Assembly: GCA_032718475.1 (NCBI GenBank) | Contig: JAUCBJ010002142.1 | Coordinates: forward strand, 1-42,776 | Direction: 5' to 3' | DNA from: Nemertoderma westbladi | Taxonomy: Eukaryota; Animalia; Xenacoelomorpha | Length of the DNA stretch: 42,776 nt | In this document: piece by piece, positions 1 through 13,590 of the stretch | Layout: each line of letters starts with the position of its first letter | Position numbering within the stretch: the first letter of the stretch is position 1 | The notes under the pieces: model-generated | The model's input: only the letters and a program-made list of their open reading frames with translations | Told to the model about the DNA's origin: nothing | Databases searched by the model: none | Translations under genes and position numbers: made by a program

Positions 1-846
1 TAAGTCATTTTGAAAGATCAAACAAAATATATATAACTTTTATGTAGAATTTAGCGATCTTATGGTTGCATATTATATAGTATTATGTATAATCATATTC
101 TATATAACTCCAGCAATTTCTACACTTTAGCCAAATCGGGAAATCCTTGGTAGGACTGGTCATATGGATGCACAACACATTTTGATGATATAGGAATATT
201 TAATTAGTTATGTATATCTATATAACTTTATATATGTATTTTGTTTGTTTATAGGACTGTTACTAAGATAAAACATTTCCATTTTTAATGAAACATCAAT
301 TCCACGTTTTTGCCTAACGGACCTACACCCTATCACAACATTTAATGAATTAAAATTGTTTTTACTAACTAGTAAACATCATTATGTGCAAATATCACGA
401 TTCAGAGATATGACCGCTGATCATAGTACCAAACGAGAGAGAGCGAGCTTTGTTGAATAAGAAACGAAGTATGAAATTTTGATACCTTACATTAAATTAT
501 CACAACTAAAAATGCTAAATAATAAATTAATCACATTAACATTGTAACATTTATATCAATTTACGCTATTAATTGCAGACTACAACTACCACTAACTAGA
601 CCTAAAATTATAGCTGTTGTTATAAAATAATGAATGCCTTCACGCTTTTAAAAATTTTTAATAGTAATAAGCTAAATATTATCATCTGCAACTTGAGCTG
701 TATTCTATTTCTTCATTTATTCCAGCATTGTTCCCTTGACCTTTGGCCTCTGAAAAAATATGCTTTTACAATCCCTCGAATATACGGATAAAAAGTTGGA
801 CAAAAAATAATTATTTATGTAAAAGAATAGTTATTTTTCAAAATTA

Positions 847-2545
847 ACAACCACAATAATGAACAAGAATGGTGCAAGTATGTCTCCTTGGAGGACGCCC
901 CATAACACTTCAAATGGTTCTGTGTCACCGTCAACAGTAGACACAAATGTTGTCGAACCATCGTATACTGATCTGATTGCTGCAATAATTTCATCAGGAA
1001 TCCCATATAATGAAAGTATGCTGAACATACGTGAGCGAGAGACTGAATCAAAGGCCTTGAAGAAGTCAACAAAGATAACAGCCAGATGCCTGTCTTTCTT
1101 TTTTGATAACTCTTCAATTATCCTTCTAAGTGCCAAAATGGGCTCCATGGTCCCACGACCTTTACGGAACCCATTCTGATTTCCACGGAGCAGTCTCTCA
1201 ATGGGACCCCTGATGCGATTTAATACAATCCTATTGTATAGCTTTGCAGCAATCGAGATCAATGAGATTCCCCGAAAAGAACCAGTGTTAGGTTGCCCTT
1301 CTTGGGAACTGGCACCAACTTATTTGTTTTCATTTCTTGTGGGACTCTTGTTGTTCGGTACATGTCTACTATGATGGGATAGATGAGCTTTAAACACTCA
1401 GGTATTTTAAAGACCTCAGGGGGAACACCATCTACTCCACTGGCACGATTGGTCTTAATGCTCTTTGTTGGTTTGCTTTTCCGCCCAGTAAGCAAGTTGA
1501 TCGATTTCCATGCCTAAATGGAAAAATTGGCCTAAATTGGTGCTTGGTCCTTGGTCTAAATGCTCTTTGCAGCAGCCTTCACTTCTGCAAAGGACATATC
1601 GCCAATGGGAATATCTGGGAGTACAGACTCAGACACTTTTACTTCTATAAAGTTATCAGGCAATACCCTGTCATTATTGAGGAGCTTTTCAAAGTGGGCC
1701 TTCAACCATTGAGGCGATCGGCTGGTGATTCAGCCTTAACCTTGGTGGTTGGTTGGCTTTTCCACCCAGTAAGCAAGTTGACCGATTTCCATGCCTGGGT
1801 TGATTGCCTGTTGTCGTCAGCATCATTGATGGCATCAACCTGTTGGTTTATTAGCTCCTGTAGATTAACAGAGTACTGCCTGTTCAGGGACCTAGATGCA
1901 GCCTTAACTGCATTCTTGGCCACTGTAGTCTGTTTGAGTCAGGACTCTTTCTGCGCCTTATAGAGGTCATTTCGGCACTTCTGAATTTTGTTGTCAGTCC
2001 AGGGGGCCCTTTTCCTGTTTCGCGGGTATACAGGAACTGTTTCTGCAGCTGCTAACTTAACTGCTTCTGTGAAGGCAGTATAGCCCTCGCAGTGATCTGC
2101 CGCAAGAACCTCATACCTGTTGCTCAGCTGTAGTGTGAAGCTGGATCTCACACTTGGCTGTTGCAACAGAGAGGACCAGTCATGCCGCGGCAAGGCAGAT
2201 TTCGTTGTTCTGCTAGAACACGCAGACTAAGTCTTACCTTGGCCACAATAAGGCGGTGATCACTGGAGAAGGGTCGAAGTGTAAATGCATTACAGTCTTG
2301 TATAGAGCTCCTGTATTTCCTACGAAACAGAATATGGTCTATCTGGGACTTGTGACCACTGGGTCCACTATGAGTCCATAGCTTTCCAGTTCGCTTCTTG
2401 AACTGGGTTCCAGCCGAAAACAATCCATTTCCAAAGATAAAATCCTGAAGACGGACGGAATTTCGGTTAACACTATTGCTATAGACCCAGGGCGATGTAG
2501 GTGATTGATGCAGACTTGGCATTAAAGTCTCCCAGGAATGTTAAG
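847..2545 (-). mobile_element. Decayed RTE-like LINE fragment (family A): APE endonuclease C-terminus to RT N-terminal half
   Basis: GDFN, IDHIL and SDH endonuclease motifs; NQNGFR, VDFFKAFDSV and GVLQGD RT motifs; several frameshifts. Confidence 0.9.
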
Positions 2546-2658
2546 AATGCATGGCATGACCTTGAGCCGCGCCGACTGGAGCTCATATTGTAACCCGGAG
2601 AAACCCCCGGGCTCCAGGTCCGGCTCCGGATACAATGTTAGCTCTGTTGCATCCCTAG
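2546..2658. mobile_element. Short GC-rich hairpin remnant, possibly a hAT-type MITE end
   Basis: Imperfect inverted repeat gagctcatattgtaacccggag / ctccggatacaatgttagctc; ends gttgcatcccta (TAGGGATGCAAC on the minus strand). Confidence 0.35.
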
Positions 2659-3142
2659 TCACTACCACTAGATTTTGAACTGAAATCGGCCAATTGCGCT
2701 TAGTTCTACAATATTATTGTTCTTTAATTATATAACCTCATTTGTTATCTTAACTGGAAACTTGCTATTCGGCTGGTAAATACTGAAAGTCAGTAAGCGC
2801 AACTTGAAAATATCACGTTTGAAATTTCTCTATTTGAAACCGATGTATTTTTTCTGAATCTCAAATTTTCTGAACAACTACTCAACCAACTGCATTAAAA
2901 AGACCAACAATGATTAAGATCGGAAATTTGCAGGCAAAAACTCCATTAATCTTTGACGTACCTCGCTGGGATTTACATTGATAATGACGGTAATTAATAA
3001 TTGTGCGAAAGATTTTTTTTTTTATCAATGACTATTAAATAAAACAAAACGAATTATAAGAAACAGTTCACTTGATATTATTAAAGAAATAACTTGAAAA
3101 ATTGGCATATTTTGCTAAATAATATAAAATTAACTTTCAGTT

Positions 3143-3747
3143 TTAGTTTTGTAGAGAATCTAGACTAGAAGGACCCAACAGCTGATTGAGAACCTCCAAG
3201 GATAGAGTAGGAAAGGAATGATGTGATGTTGATGAGGTCATTGACGTATTGTGACTCTCGGCGAAGTTGACATTGAAGAAGTCTACAACCCCCGTCCAAG
3301 TTGGGAGAACTGCGACGGCCGGATGTAGGACGTCATTAGATATCAAGTAAGGGCTGGTGACGTCATTAGTTATAGCACCGGAAGGGATGACGTCATTAGT
3401 GACCGCCAATCTACCGGGCTGACCTTCCGCCCTATCCGCCGTCGATTTCTCCGATTCCGCTACATTCGCCGTTTTCAGCGCGGCCATCGTCCCATCGGCC
3501 ATCGTCCCATCGGCCATCGGCCATCGGCCCTTTCGTTTAGCTCTTCGTTTAGACCCTGGTGCGTGATACACCTTGTAATGGAGTTTCAAGGCCTCGTTGC
3601 TAAGCAACGCCCTGCCGCAGGTCTCACAACGGAACCTCCGCACCCCGGAATGGACCTCGAGATGTTCTCTCCAGAGTCGGGGGTTTACGAACGTGTCCGG
3701 ACACTCATCGCACTTAAAAGGACGACATTTTGGGTGAATCTTTACAA
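3143..3747 (-). CDS. Zinc-finger gene terminal coding exon (2 fingers plus low-complexity C-terminus)
   Basis: tttttag|IVKIH..CDECPDTFVNPRLWREHLEVH..CETCGRALLSNEALKLHYKVYH...; stop TAA at 3143-3145. Confidence 0.9.
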
Positions 3748-3980
3748 CTAAAAATTGAATAAATTGGAATATTAATTACAATAAACAAATATAGAATGTG
3801 AAAAGATAAAGAAAGGGGGTAGCTATTTAACACAGTCAAAGTAAGCCTATAGTAACAGGGCAAGACTTTCAAAAATGAATCATTTTTGGAATAAGGGTCA
3901 ATCGATAACTGAAGGTTGTTTTAAAAAAATCTTCTTAATTACCCCCCCCCCCCCCCCCCCCCCCCCGACACACTACTAAC

Positions 3981-4125
3981 TGTGATTAGTTAAGGCGTCG
4001 TTCTTCTTAAACTCCCTCTCACAGGCCGGACAGGAATACAGTTCCGTTGGATCTCGAACAACCCGTTTGTGGATCGACGAATGTCGAAGCATCATAGATT
4101 TACATCGAAAACTCCGCGAACAATC
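3981..4125 (-). CDS. Zinc-finger gene exon 10
   Basis: tttag|DCSRSFRCKSMMLRHSSIH..CPACEREFKKNDALTNH|gttag; completes the CP|DC finger; phase 0 in, phase 1 out. Not in the ORF track. Confidence 0.88.
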
Positions 4126-4151
4126 CTAAAGAGAATATTAAATAAACTATT

Positions 4152-5233
4152 CAGGGGGCGATATACAAAAAAAGTGACCAAACCAGAGTCATATTATGGG
4201 AAAAAATAAAGTTTCTCGAAACCCAACATATGATAATTCTGAAAGCTCAGAGTCCGTAGAATTCAATGCGGTTATTGGCCGACCTATCTGTAAAAAAAAA
4301 TATACTGCTTGTCACTTCCTGCCCACTGCCTGTAACCATTATTTTAACACATATTCTAGGATAATTGGTTACAGGCGTGGGACACTTGTCCCCTGTAACC
4401 TTCCATGTAAATGTAATGAGAGCCTGGTTACAGGTGGTTACAGGTGGGGGGACGTTTTATGGAATGACTGACACTGCCAAACACACATTATAAATCCTGC
4501 GTTTGAACCTTATACATCAAATGGAAGCCTTTTTAAGGAGGATTTCAGAACTGTTATTGTTTTACCGAGGTACCAATTATGGGATTCTATCAGCTTTAAC
4601 GTTGGTTACATGAGGGGACAGTTTATGGTTTACCCTCCCGATCTGAGGCTCTTCAAACCCACATATCTTCAAAAGTTTTTGATGAATTTGTATAATTGTT
4701 TTTGTGTCTTACAGCTGAGTAATTACGGATTCTTAAAAAAAAATGTCAAGGTGTGCCGGTAAACACAATTGCCGTTATTCAATTTTTGCCATTGGGGACA
4801 TTTCAAGTGGTGTAGTAGAAAACAAAATGTTCCAGGATCTCCTGTATGCTAACTATACATCTATAGACTATGATATTTCTTAAAATTTATAGACAAATTT
4901 TGGAGCTTTCATTTGGTATATAACATATTAACTTTTATTGACTTTAGATAGAAACTAAAAAGCTCCTTATTTAACTGGGACTCCTAATAATTTTTTTTGT
5001 CAAAACATCACGTTTTCCGTGGTTTTTGAGGATATCAAGCAAAATTTAATGCTATTTATTTACAGTAGCGTTTAGCAAACATGGTTTCCTAGATTCCTGA
5101 TGAAAATGTCTACCTGTAACATTTTATTTCATGAGATTTCATTCAGTAGAAATGGAATTACATCTTGTTCTCCAAACGGGGGCTTACATCACTTTTTTGT
5201 ATGTTTTGGCCACTTTTTTGTATACACAAGTAT
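4152..5233. mobile_element. Probable non-autonomous DNA transposon
   Basis: Inverted termini tatacaaaaaaagtgaccaaa (about 4162) / tttggccacttttttgtata (about 5205); internal tgtaacc/ggttaca motifs; no coding signal. Confidence 0.45.
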
Positions 5234-5298
5234 ACACAAGGCTCCACAGTAACATTCCTTGCATACGAGGCGGAGTATTAATTGACAAATCAATGTGA

Positions 5299-8200
5299 GT
5301 GGGGCGAGCTACGGAGACTGGATGGACCGTCTGTCGTCGTCGTTGTGGGGCGAGCCACGGAGACTGGGTGAGCCGTCTGTCGTCGTCGTTGTGGGGCGAG
5401 CCACGGAGACTGGGTGAGCCGTGAGCCGTCTGTCGTCGTCGTTGTGGGGCGAGCCTCGGAGACTGGGTGAGCCGTCTGTTGTCGTCGTTGTGGGGCGAGC
5501 CACGGAGACTGGGTGAGCCGTGAGCCGTCTGTCGTCGTCGTTGTGGGGCGAGCCACGGAGACTGGGTGAGCCGTCTGTCGTGGTCGTTGTGGGGCGAGCC
5601 ACGGGGACTGGGTGAGCCGTCTGTTGTCGTCGTTGTGGGGCGAGCCACGGAGACTGGGTGAGCCGTGAGCCGTCTGTCGTCGTCGTTGTGGGGCGAGCCT
5701 CGGAGACTGGGTGAGCCGTCTGTTGTCGTCGTTGTGGGGCGAGCCACGGAGACTGGGTGAGCCGTGAGCCGTCTGTCGTCGTCGTTGTGGGGCGAGCCAC
5801 GGAGACTGGGTGAGCCGTCTGTCGTCGTCGTTGTGGGGCGAGCCACGGAGACTGGGTGAGCCGTCTGTTGTCGTCGTTGTGGGGCGAGCCACGGAGACTG
5901 GGTGAGCCGTCTGTCGTCGTCGTTGTGGGGCGAGCCACGGAGACTGGGTGAGCCGTCTGTTGTCGTCGTTGGGGGCGAGCCACGGAGACTGGGTGAGCCG
6001 TCTGTCGTCGTCGTTGTGGGGCGAGCCACGGAGACTGGGTGAGCCGTGAGCCGTCTGTCGTCGTCGTTGTGGGGCGAGCCACGGAGACTGGGTGAGCAGT
6101 CTGTCGTCGTCGTTGTGGGGCGAGCCACGGAGACTGGGTGAGCCGTTTGTTGTCGTCGTTGTGGGGCGAGCCACGGAGACTGGGTGAGCCATCTGTCGTC
6201 GTCGTTGTGGGGCGAGCCACGGAGACTGGGTGAGCCGTCTGTCGTCGTCGTTGTGGGGTGAGCCACGGAGACTGGGTGAGCAGTCTGTCGTCGTCGTTGT
6301 GGGGCGAGCCACGGAGACTGGATGGACCGTCTGTCGTCGTCGTTGTGGGGCGAGCCACGGAGACTGGGTGAGCCGTCTGTTGTCGTCGTTGTAAGGCGAG
6401 CCACGGAGACTGGGTGAGCCGTGAGCCGTCTGTCGTCGTCGTTGTGGGGCGAGCCACGGAGACTGGGTGAGCAGTCTGTCGTCGTCGTTGTGGGGCGAGC
6501 CACGGAGACTGGGTGAGCCGTCTGTTGTCGTCGTTGTAAGGCGAGCCACGGAGACTGGGTGAGCCGTCTGTCGTCGTCGTTGTGGGGCGAGCCACGGAGA
6601 CTGGGTGAGCCGTCTGTTGTCGTCGTTGTAAGGCGAGCCACGGAGACTGGGTGAGCCGTCTGTTGTCGTCGTTGTAAGGCGAGCCACGGAGACTGGGTGA
6701 GCCGTCTGTCGTCGTCGTTGTGGGGCGAGCCACGGAGACTGGGTGAGCCGTCTGTCGTCGTCGTTGGGGGCGAGCCACGGAGACTGGGTGAGCCGTCTGT
6801 CGTCGTCGTTGTGGGGCGAGCCACGGAGACTGGGTGAGCCGTCTGTTGTCGTCGTTGTAAGGCGAGCCACGGAGACTGGGTGAGCCGTCTGTTGTCGTCG
6901 TTGTGGGGCGAGCCACGGAGACTGGGTGAGCCGTGAGCCGTCTGTCGTCGTCGTTGTGGGGCGAGCCACGGAGACTGTGTGAGCCGTCTGTCGTCGTCGT
7001 CGTGGGGCGACGACCCACGGGGACTGGGTGAGCCGTCTGTTGTCGTCGTTGTGGGGCGAGCCACGGAGACTGGGTGAGCCGTCTGTTGTCGTCGTTGTAA
7101 GGCGAGCCACGGAGACTGGATGGACCGTCTGTCGTCGTCGTTGTGGGGCGAGCCACGGAGACTGGGTGAGCCGTCTGTCGTCGTCGTTGTGGGGCGATCC
7201 ACGGAGACTCGGTGAGCCGTCTGTTGTCGTCGTTGTGGGGCGAGCCACGGAGACTGTGTGAGCCGTCTGTTGTCGTCGTTGTAAGGCGAGCCACGGAGAC
7301 TGGATGGACCGTCTGTCGTCGTCGTTGTGGGGCGAGCCACGGAGACTGGGTGAGCCGTCTGTCGTCGTCGTTGTGGGGCGAGCCACGGAGACTCGGTGAG
7401 CCGTCTGTTGTCGTCGTTGTAAGGCGAGCCACGGAGACTGGGTGAGCCGTCTGTTGTCGTCGTTGTGGGGCGAGCCACGGAGACTGTGTGAGCCGTCTGT
7501 TGTCGTCGTTGTAAGGCGAGCCACGGAGACTGGATGGACCGTCTGTCGTCGTCGTTGTGGGGCGAGCCACGGAGACTGGGTGAGCCGTCTGTCGTCGTCG
7601 TTGTGGGGCGATCCACGGAGACTCGGTGAGCCGTCTGTTGTCGTCGTTGTGGGGCGAGCCACGGAGACTGGGTGAGCCGTGAGCCGTCTGTCGTCGTCGT
7701 TGTGGGGCGAGCCACGGAGACTGGGTGAGCCGTGAGCCGTCTGTCGTCGTCGTTGTGGGGCGAGCCACGGAGACTGGGTGAGCCGTCTGTTGTCGTCGTT
7801 GTGGGGCGAGCCACGGAGACTGGGTGAGCCGTCTGTTGTCGTCGTTGTGGGGCGAGCCACGGAGACTGGGTGAGCCGTCTGTTGTCGTCGTTGTGGGGCG
7901 AGCCACGGAGACTGGGTGAGCCGTGAGCCGTCTGTCGTCGTCGTTGTGGGGCGAGCCACGGAGACTGGGTGAGCCATCTGTCGTCGTCGTTGTGGGGCGA
8001 GCCACGGAGACTGGGTGAGCCGTCTGTTGTCGTCGTTGTGGGGCGAGCCACGGAGACTGGGTGAGCCGTGAGCCGTCTGTCGTCGTCGTTGTGGGGCGAG
8101 CCACGGAGACTGGGTGAGCCGTCTGTTGTCGTCGTTGTAAGGCGAGCCACGGAGACTGGGTGAGCCGTCTGTTGTCGTCGTTGTGGGGCGAGCCACGGAG

Positions 8201-11200
8201 ACTGGGTGAGCCGTGAGCCGTCTGTCGTCGTCGTTGTGGGGCGAGCCACGGAGACTGGGTGAGCCATCTGTCGTCGTCGTTGTGGGGCGAGCCACGGAGA
8301 CTGGGTGAGCCGTGAGCCGTCTGTCGTCGTCGTTGTGGGGCGAGCCACGGAGACTGGGTGAGCCGTCTGTCGTCGTCGTTGTGGGGCGAGCCACGGAGAC
8401 TGGGTGAGCCGTCTGTTGTCGTCGTTGTGGGGCGAGCCACGGAGACTGGGTGAGCCGTCTGTTGTCGTCGTTGTGGGGCGAGCCACGGAGACTGGGTGAG
8501 CCGTGAGCCGTCTGTCGTCGTCGTTGTGGGGCGAGCCACGGAGACTGGGTGAGCCATCTGTCGTCGTCGTTGTGGGGCGAGCCACGGAGACTGGGTGAGC
8601 CGTCTGTTGTCGTCGTTGTAAGGCGAGCCACGGAGACTGGGTGAGCCGTCTGTTGTCGTCGTTGTGGGGCGAGCCACGGAGACTGGGTGAGCCGTGAGCC
8701 GTCTGTCGTCGTCGTTGTGGGGCGAGCCACGGAGACTGGGTGAGCCGTGAGCCGTCTGTCGTCGTCGTTGTGGGGCGAGCCACGGAGACTGGGTGAGCCG
8801 TCTGTTGTCGTCGTTGTAAGGCGAGCCACGGAGACTGTGTGAGCCGTCTGTCGTCGTCGTTGTGGGGCGAGCCACGGAGACTGGGTGAGCCGTCTGTTGT
8901 CGTCGTTGTGGGGCGAGCCACGGAGACTGGGTGAGCCGTCTGTTGTCGTCGTTGTGGGGCGAGCCACGGAGACTGGGTGAGCCGTGAGCCGTCTGTCGTC
9001 GTCGTTGTGGGGCGAGCCACGGAGACTGGGTGAGCCATCTGTCGTCGTCGTTGTGGGGCGAGCCACGGAGACTGGGTGAGCCGTCTGTTGTCGTCGTTGT
9101 GGGGCGAGCCACGGAGACTGGGTGAGCCGTGAGCCGTCTGTCGTCGTCGTTGTGGGGCGAGCCACGGAGACTGGGTGAGCCGTCTGTTGTCGTCGTTGTA
9201 AGGCGAGCCACGGAGACTGGGTGAGCCGTCTGTTGTCGTCGTTGTGGGGCGAGCCACGGAGACTGGGTGAGCCGTGAGCCGTCTGTCGTCGTCGTTGTGG
9301 GGCGAGCCACGGAGACTGGGTGAGCCATCTGTCGTCGTCGTTGTGGGGCGAGCCACGGAGACTGGGTGAGCCGTCTGTTGTCGTCGTTGTAAGGCGAGCC
9401 ACGGAGACTGGGTGAGCCGTGAGCCGTCTGTCGTCGTCGTTGTGGGGCGAGCCACGGAGACTGGGTGAGCCGTGAGCCGTCTGTCGTCGTCGTTGTGGGG
9501 CGAGCCACGGAGACTGGGTGAGCCGTCTGTTGTCGTCGTTGTAAGGCGAGCCACGGAGACTGGGTGAGCCGTGAGCCGTCTGTCGTCGTCGTTGTGGGGC
9601 GAGCCACGGAGACTGGGTGAGCCGTGAGCCGTCTGTCGTCGTCGTTGTGGGGCGAGCCACGGAGACTGGGTGAGCCGTCTGTTGTCGTCGTTGTAAGGCG
9701 AGCCACGGAGACTGTGTGAGCCGTCTGTTGTCGTCGTTGTGGGGCGAGCCACGGAGACTGGGTGAGCCGTCTGTTGTCGTCGTTGTAAGGCGAGCCACGG
9801 AGACTGGGTGAGCCGTGAGCCGTCTGTCGTCGTCGTTGTGGGGCGAGCCACGGAGACTGGGTGAGCCGTGAGCCGTCTGTCGTCGTCGTTGTGGGGCGAG
9901 CCACGGAGACTGGGTGAGCCGTCTGTTGTCGTCGTTGTGGGGCGAGCCACGGAGACTGGGTGAGCCGTGAGCCGTCTGTCGTCGTCGTTGTGGGGCGAGC
10001 CACGGAGACTGGGTGAGCCATCTGTCGTCGTCGTTGTGGGGCGAGCCACGGAGACTGGGTGAGCCGTCTGTTGTCGTCGTTGTGGGGCGAGCCACGGAGA
10101 CTGGGTGAGCCGTCTGTTGTCGTCGTTGTGGGGCGAGCCACGGAGACTGGGTGAGCCGTCTGTCGTCGTCGTTGTGGGGCGAGCCACGGAGACTGGGTGA
10201 GCCGTGAGCCGTCTGTCGTCGTCGTTGTGGGGCGAGCCACGGAGACTGGGTGAGCCGTGAGCCGTCTGTCGTCGTCGTTGTGGGGCGAGCCACGGAGACT
10301 GGGTGAGCCGTGAGCCGTCTGTCGTCGTCGTTGTGGGGCGAGCCACGGAGACTGGGTGAGCCGTGAGCCGTCTGTCGTCGTCGTTGTGGGGCGAGCCACG
10401 GAGACTGGGTGAGCCGTCTGTCGTCGTCGTTGTGGGGCGAGCCACGGAGACTGGGTGAGCCGTCTGTTGTCGTCGTTGTGGGGCGAGCCACGGAGACTGG
10501 GTGAGCCGTGAGCCGTCTGTCGTCGTCGTTGTGGGGCGAGCCACGGAGACTGGGTGAGCCGTCTGTCGTCGTCGTTGTGGGGCGAGCCACGGAGACTGGG
10601 TGAGCCGTCTGTCGTCGTCGTCGTGGGGCGACGACCCACGGGGACTGGGTGAGCCGTCTGTTGTCGTCGTTGTGGGGCGAGCCACGGAGACTGGGTGAGC
10701 CGTGAGCCGTCTGTCGTCGTCGTTGTGGGGCGATCCACGGAGACTCGGTGAGCCGTCTGTTGTCGTCGTTGTGGGGCGAGCCACGGAGACTGTGTGAGCC
10801 GTCTGTCGTCGTCGTTGTGGGGCGAGCCAAGGAGACTGGGTGAGCCGTCTGTTGTCGTCGTTGTGGGGCGAGCCACGGAGACTGGATGGACCGTCTGTCG
10901 TCGTCGTTGTGGGGCGAGCCACGGAGACTGGGTGAGCCGTCTGTCGTCGTCGTTGTGGGGCGATCCACGGAGACTGGGTGAGCCGTCTGTTGTCGTCGTT
11001 GTGGGGCGAGCCACGGAGACTGGGTGAGCCGTGAGCCGTCTGTCGTCGTCGTTGTGGGGCGAGCCACGGAGACTGTGTGAGCCGTCTGTCGTCGTCGTTG
11101 TGGGGCGAGCCACGGAGACTGGGTGAGCCGTCTGTCGTCGTCGTCGTGGGGCGACGACCCACGGGGACTGGGTGAGCCGTCTGTTGTCGTCGTTGTGGGG

Positions 11201-13590
11201 CGAGCCACGGAGACTGGGTGAGCCGTCTGTTGTCGTCGTTGTGGGGCGAGCCACGGAGACTGGGTGAGCCATCTGTCGTCGTCGTTGGGGGCGAGCCACG
11301 GAGACTGGGTGAGCCGTCTGTTGTCGTCGTTGTGGGGCGAGCCACGGAGACTGGGTGAGCCGTCTGTCGTCGTCGTTGTGGGGCGAGCCACGGAGACTGG
11401 GTGAGCCGTCTGTTGTCGTCGTTGTAAGGCGAGCCACGGAGACTGGGTGAGCCGTGAGCCGTCTGTCGTCGTCGTTGTGGGGCGAGCCACGGAGACTGGG
11501 TGAGCCGTGAGCCGTCTGTCGTCGTCGTTGTGGGGCGAGCCACGGAGACTGGGTGAGCCGTCTGTTGTCGTCGTTGTAAGGCGAGCCACGGAGACTGGGT
11601 GAGCCGTGAGCCGTCTGTCGTCGTCGTTGTGGGGCGAGCCACGGAGACTGGGTGAGCCGTGAGCCGTCTGTCGTCGTCGTTGTGGGGCGAGCCACGGAGA
11701 CTGGGTGAGCCGTCTGTTGTCGTCGTTGTAAGGCGAGCCACGGAGACTGTGTGAGCCGTCTGTTGTCGTCGTTGTGGGGCGAGCCACGGAGACTGGGTGA
11801 GCCGTCTGTTGTCGTCGTTGTAAGGCGAGCCACGGAGACTGGGTGAGCCGTGAGCCGTCTGTCGTCGTCGTTGTGGGGCGAGCCACGGAGACTGGGTGAG
11901 CCGTGAGCCGTCTGTCGTCGTCGTTGTGGGGCGAGCCACGGAGACTGGGTGAGCCGTCTGTTGTCGTCGTTGTGGGGCGAGCCACGGAGACTGGGTGAGC
12001 CGTGAGCCGTCTGTCGTCGTCGTTGTGGGGCGAGCCACGGAGACTGGGTGAGCCATCTGTCGTCGTCGTTGTGGGGCGAGCCACGGAGACTGGGTGAGCC
12101 GTCTGTTGTCGTCGTTGTGGGGCGAGCCACGGAGACTGGGTGAGCCGTCTGTTGTCGTCGTTGTGGGGCGAGCCACGGAGACTGGGTGAGCCGTCTGTCG
12201 TCGTCGTTGTGGGGCGAGCCACGGAGACTGGGTGAGCCGTGAGCCGTCTGTCGTCGTCGTTGTGGGGCGAGCCACGGAGACTGGGTGAGCCGTGAGCCGT
12301 CTGTCGTCGTCGTTGTGGGGCGAGCCACGGAGACTGGGTGAGCCGTGAGCCGTCTGTCGTCGTCGTTGTGGGGCGAGCCACGGAGACTGGGTGAGCCGTG
12401 AGCCGTCTGTCGTCGTCGTTGTGGGGCGAGCCACGGAGACTGGGTGAGCCGTCTGTCGTCGTCGTTGTGGGGCGAGCCACGGAGACTGGGTGAGCCGTCT
12501 GTTGTCGTCGTTGTGGGGCGAGCCACGGAGACTGGGTGAGCCGTGAGCCGTCTGTCGTCGTCGTTGTGGGGCGAGCCACGGAGACTGGGTGAGCCGTCTG
12601 TCGTCGTCGTTGTGGGGCGAGCCACGGAGACTGGGTGAGCCGTCTGTCGTCGTCGTCGTGGGGCGACGACCCACGGGGACTGGGTGAGCCGTCTGTTGTC
12701 GTCGTTGTGGGGCGAGCCACGGAGACTGGGTGAGCCGTGAGCCGTCTGTCGTCGTCGTTGTGGGGCGATCCACGGAGACTCGGTGAGCCGTCTGTTGTCG
12801 TCGTTGTGGGGCGAGCCACGGAGACTGTGTGAGCCGTCTGTCGTCGTCGTTGTGGGGCGAGCCAAGGAGACTGGGTGAGCCGTCTGTTGTCGTCGTTGTG
12901 GGGCGAGCCACGGAGACTGGATGGACCGTCTGTCGTCGTCGTTGTGGGGCGAGCCACGGAGACTGGGTGAGCCGTCTGTCGTCGTCGTTGTGGGGCGATC
13001 CACGGAGACTGGGTGAGCCGTCTGTTGTCGTCGTTGTGGGGCGAGCCACGGAGACTGGGTGAGCCGTGAGCCGTCTGTCGTCGTCGTTGTGGGGCGAGCC
13101 ACGGAGACTGTGTGAGCCGTCTGTCGTCGTCGTTGTGGGGCGAGCCACGGAGACTGGGTGAGCCGTCTGTCGTCGTCGTCGTGGGGCGACGACCCACGGG
13201 GACTGGGTGAGCCGTCTGTTGTCGTCGTTGTGGGGCGAGCCACGGAGACTGGGTGAGCCGTCTGTTGTCGTCGTTGTGGGGCGAGCCACGGAGACTGGGT
13301 GAGCCATCTGTCGTCGTCGTTGGGGGCGAGCCACGGAGACTGGGTGAGCCGTCTGTTGTCGTCGTTGTGGGGCGAGCCACGGAGACTGGGTGAGCCGTCT
13401 GTCGTCGTCGTTGTGGGGCGAGCCACGGAGACTGGGTGAGCCGTCTGTCGTCGTCGTTGTGGGGCGAGCCACGGAGACTGGGCGAGCCGTCTGCCGTCGT
13501 CGTTGTGGGGCGAGCCACGGAGACTGGGCGAGCCGTCTGTTGTCGTCGTTGTGGGGCGAGCCACGGAGACTGGGTGAGCCGTCTGCCGAC
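5299..13590. repeat. GC-rich 46-bp satellite (roughly 170 units) in intron 9 of the zinc-finger gene
   Basis: Unit gtggggcgagccacggagactgggtgagccgtctgtcgtcgtcgtt; 53-bp (extra gtgagcc) and 44-bp variants; internal 2035-bp duplication. Confidence 0.98.

Noticed and set aside
680-750. Possible minus-strand exon of a neighbouring gene (tttttcag|AKGQGNNAG...)
   Set aside because: Short, no recognisable motif and no partner exon could be established.
5299-13590. CRISPR-like array or stand-alone 2,800-aa genes
   Set aside because: Units are head-to-tail with no unique spacers and there are no cas genes. The long ORFs follow from a stop-free unit and are kept only as a hypothesis.
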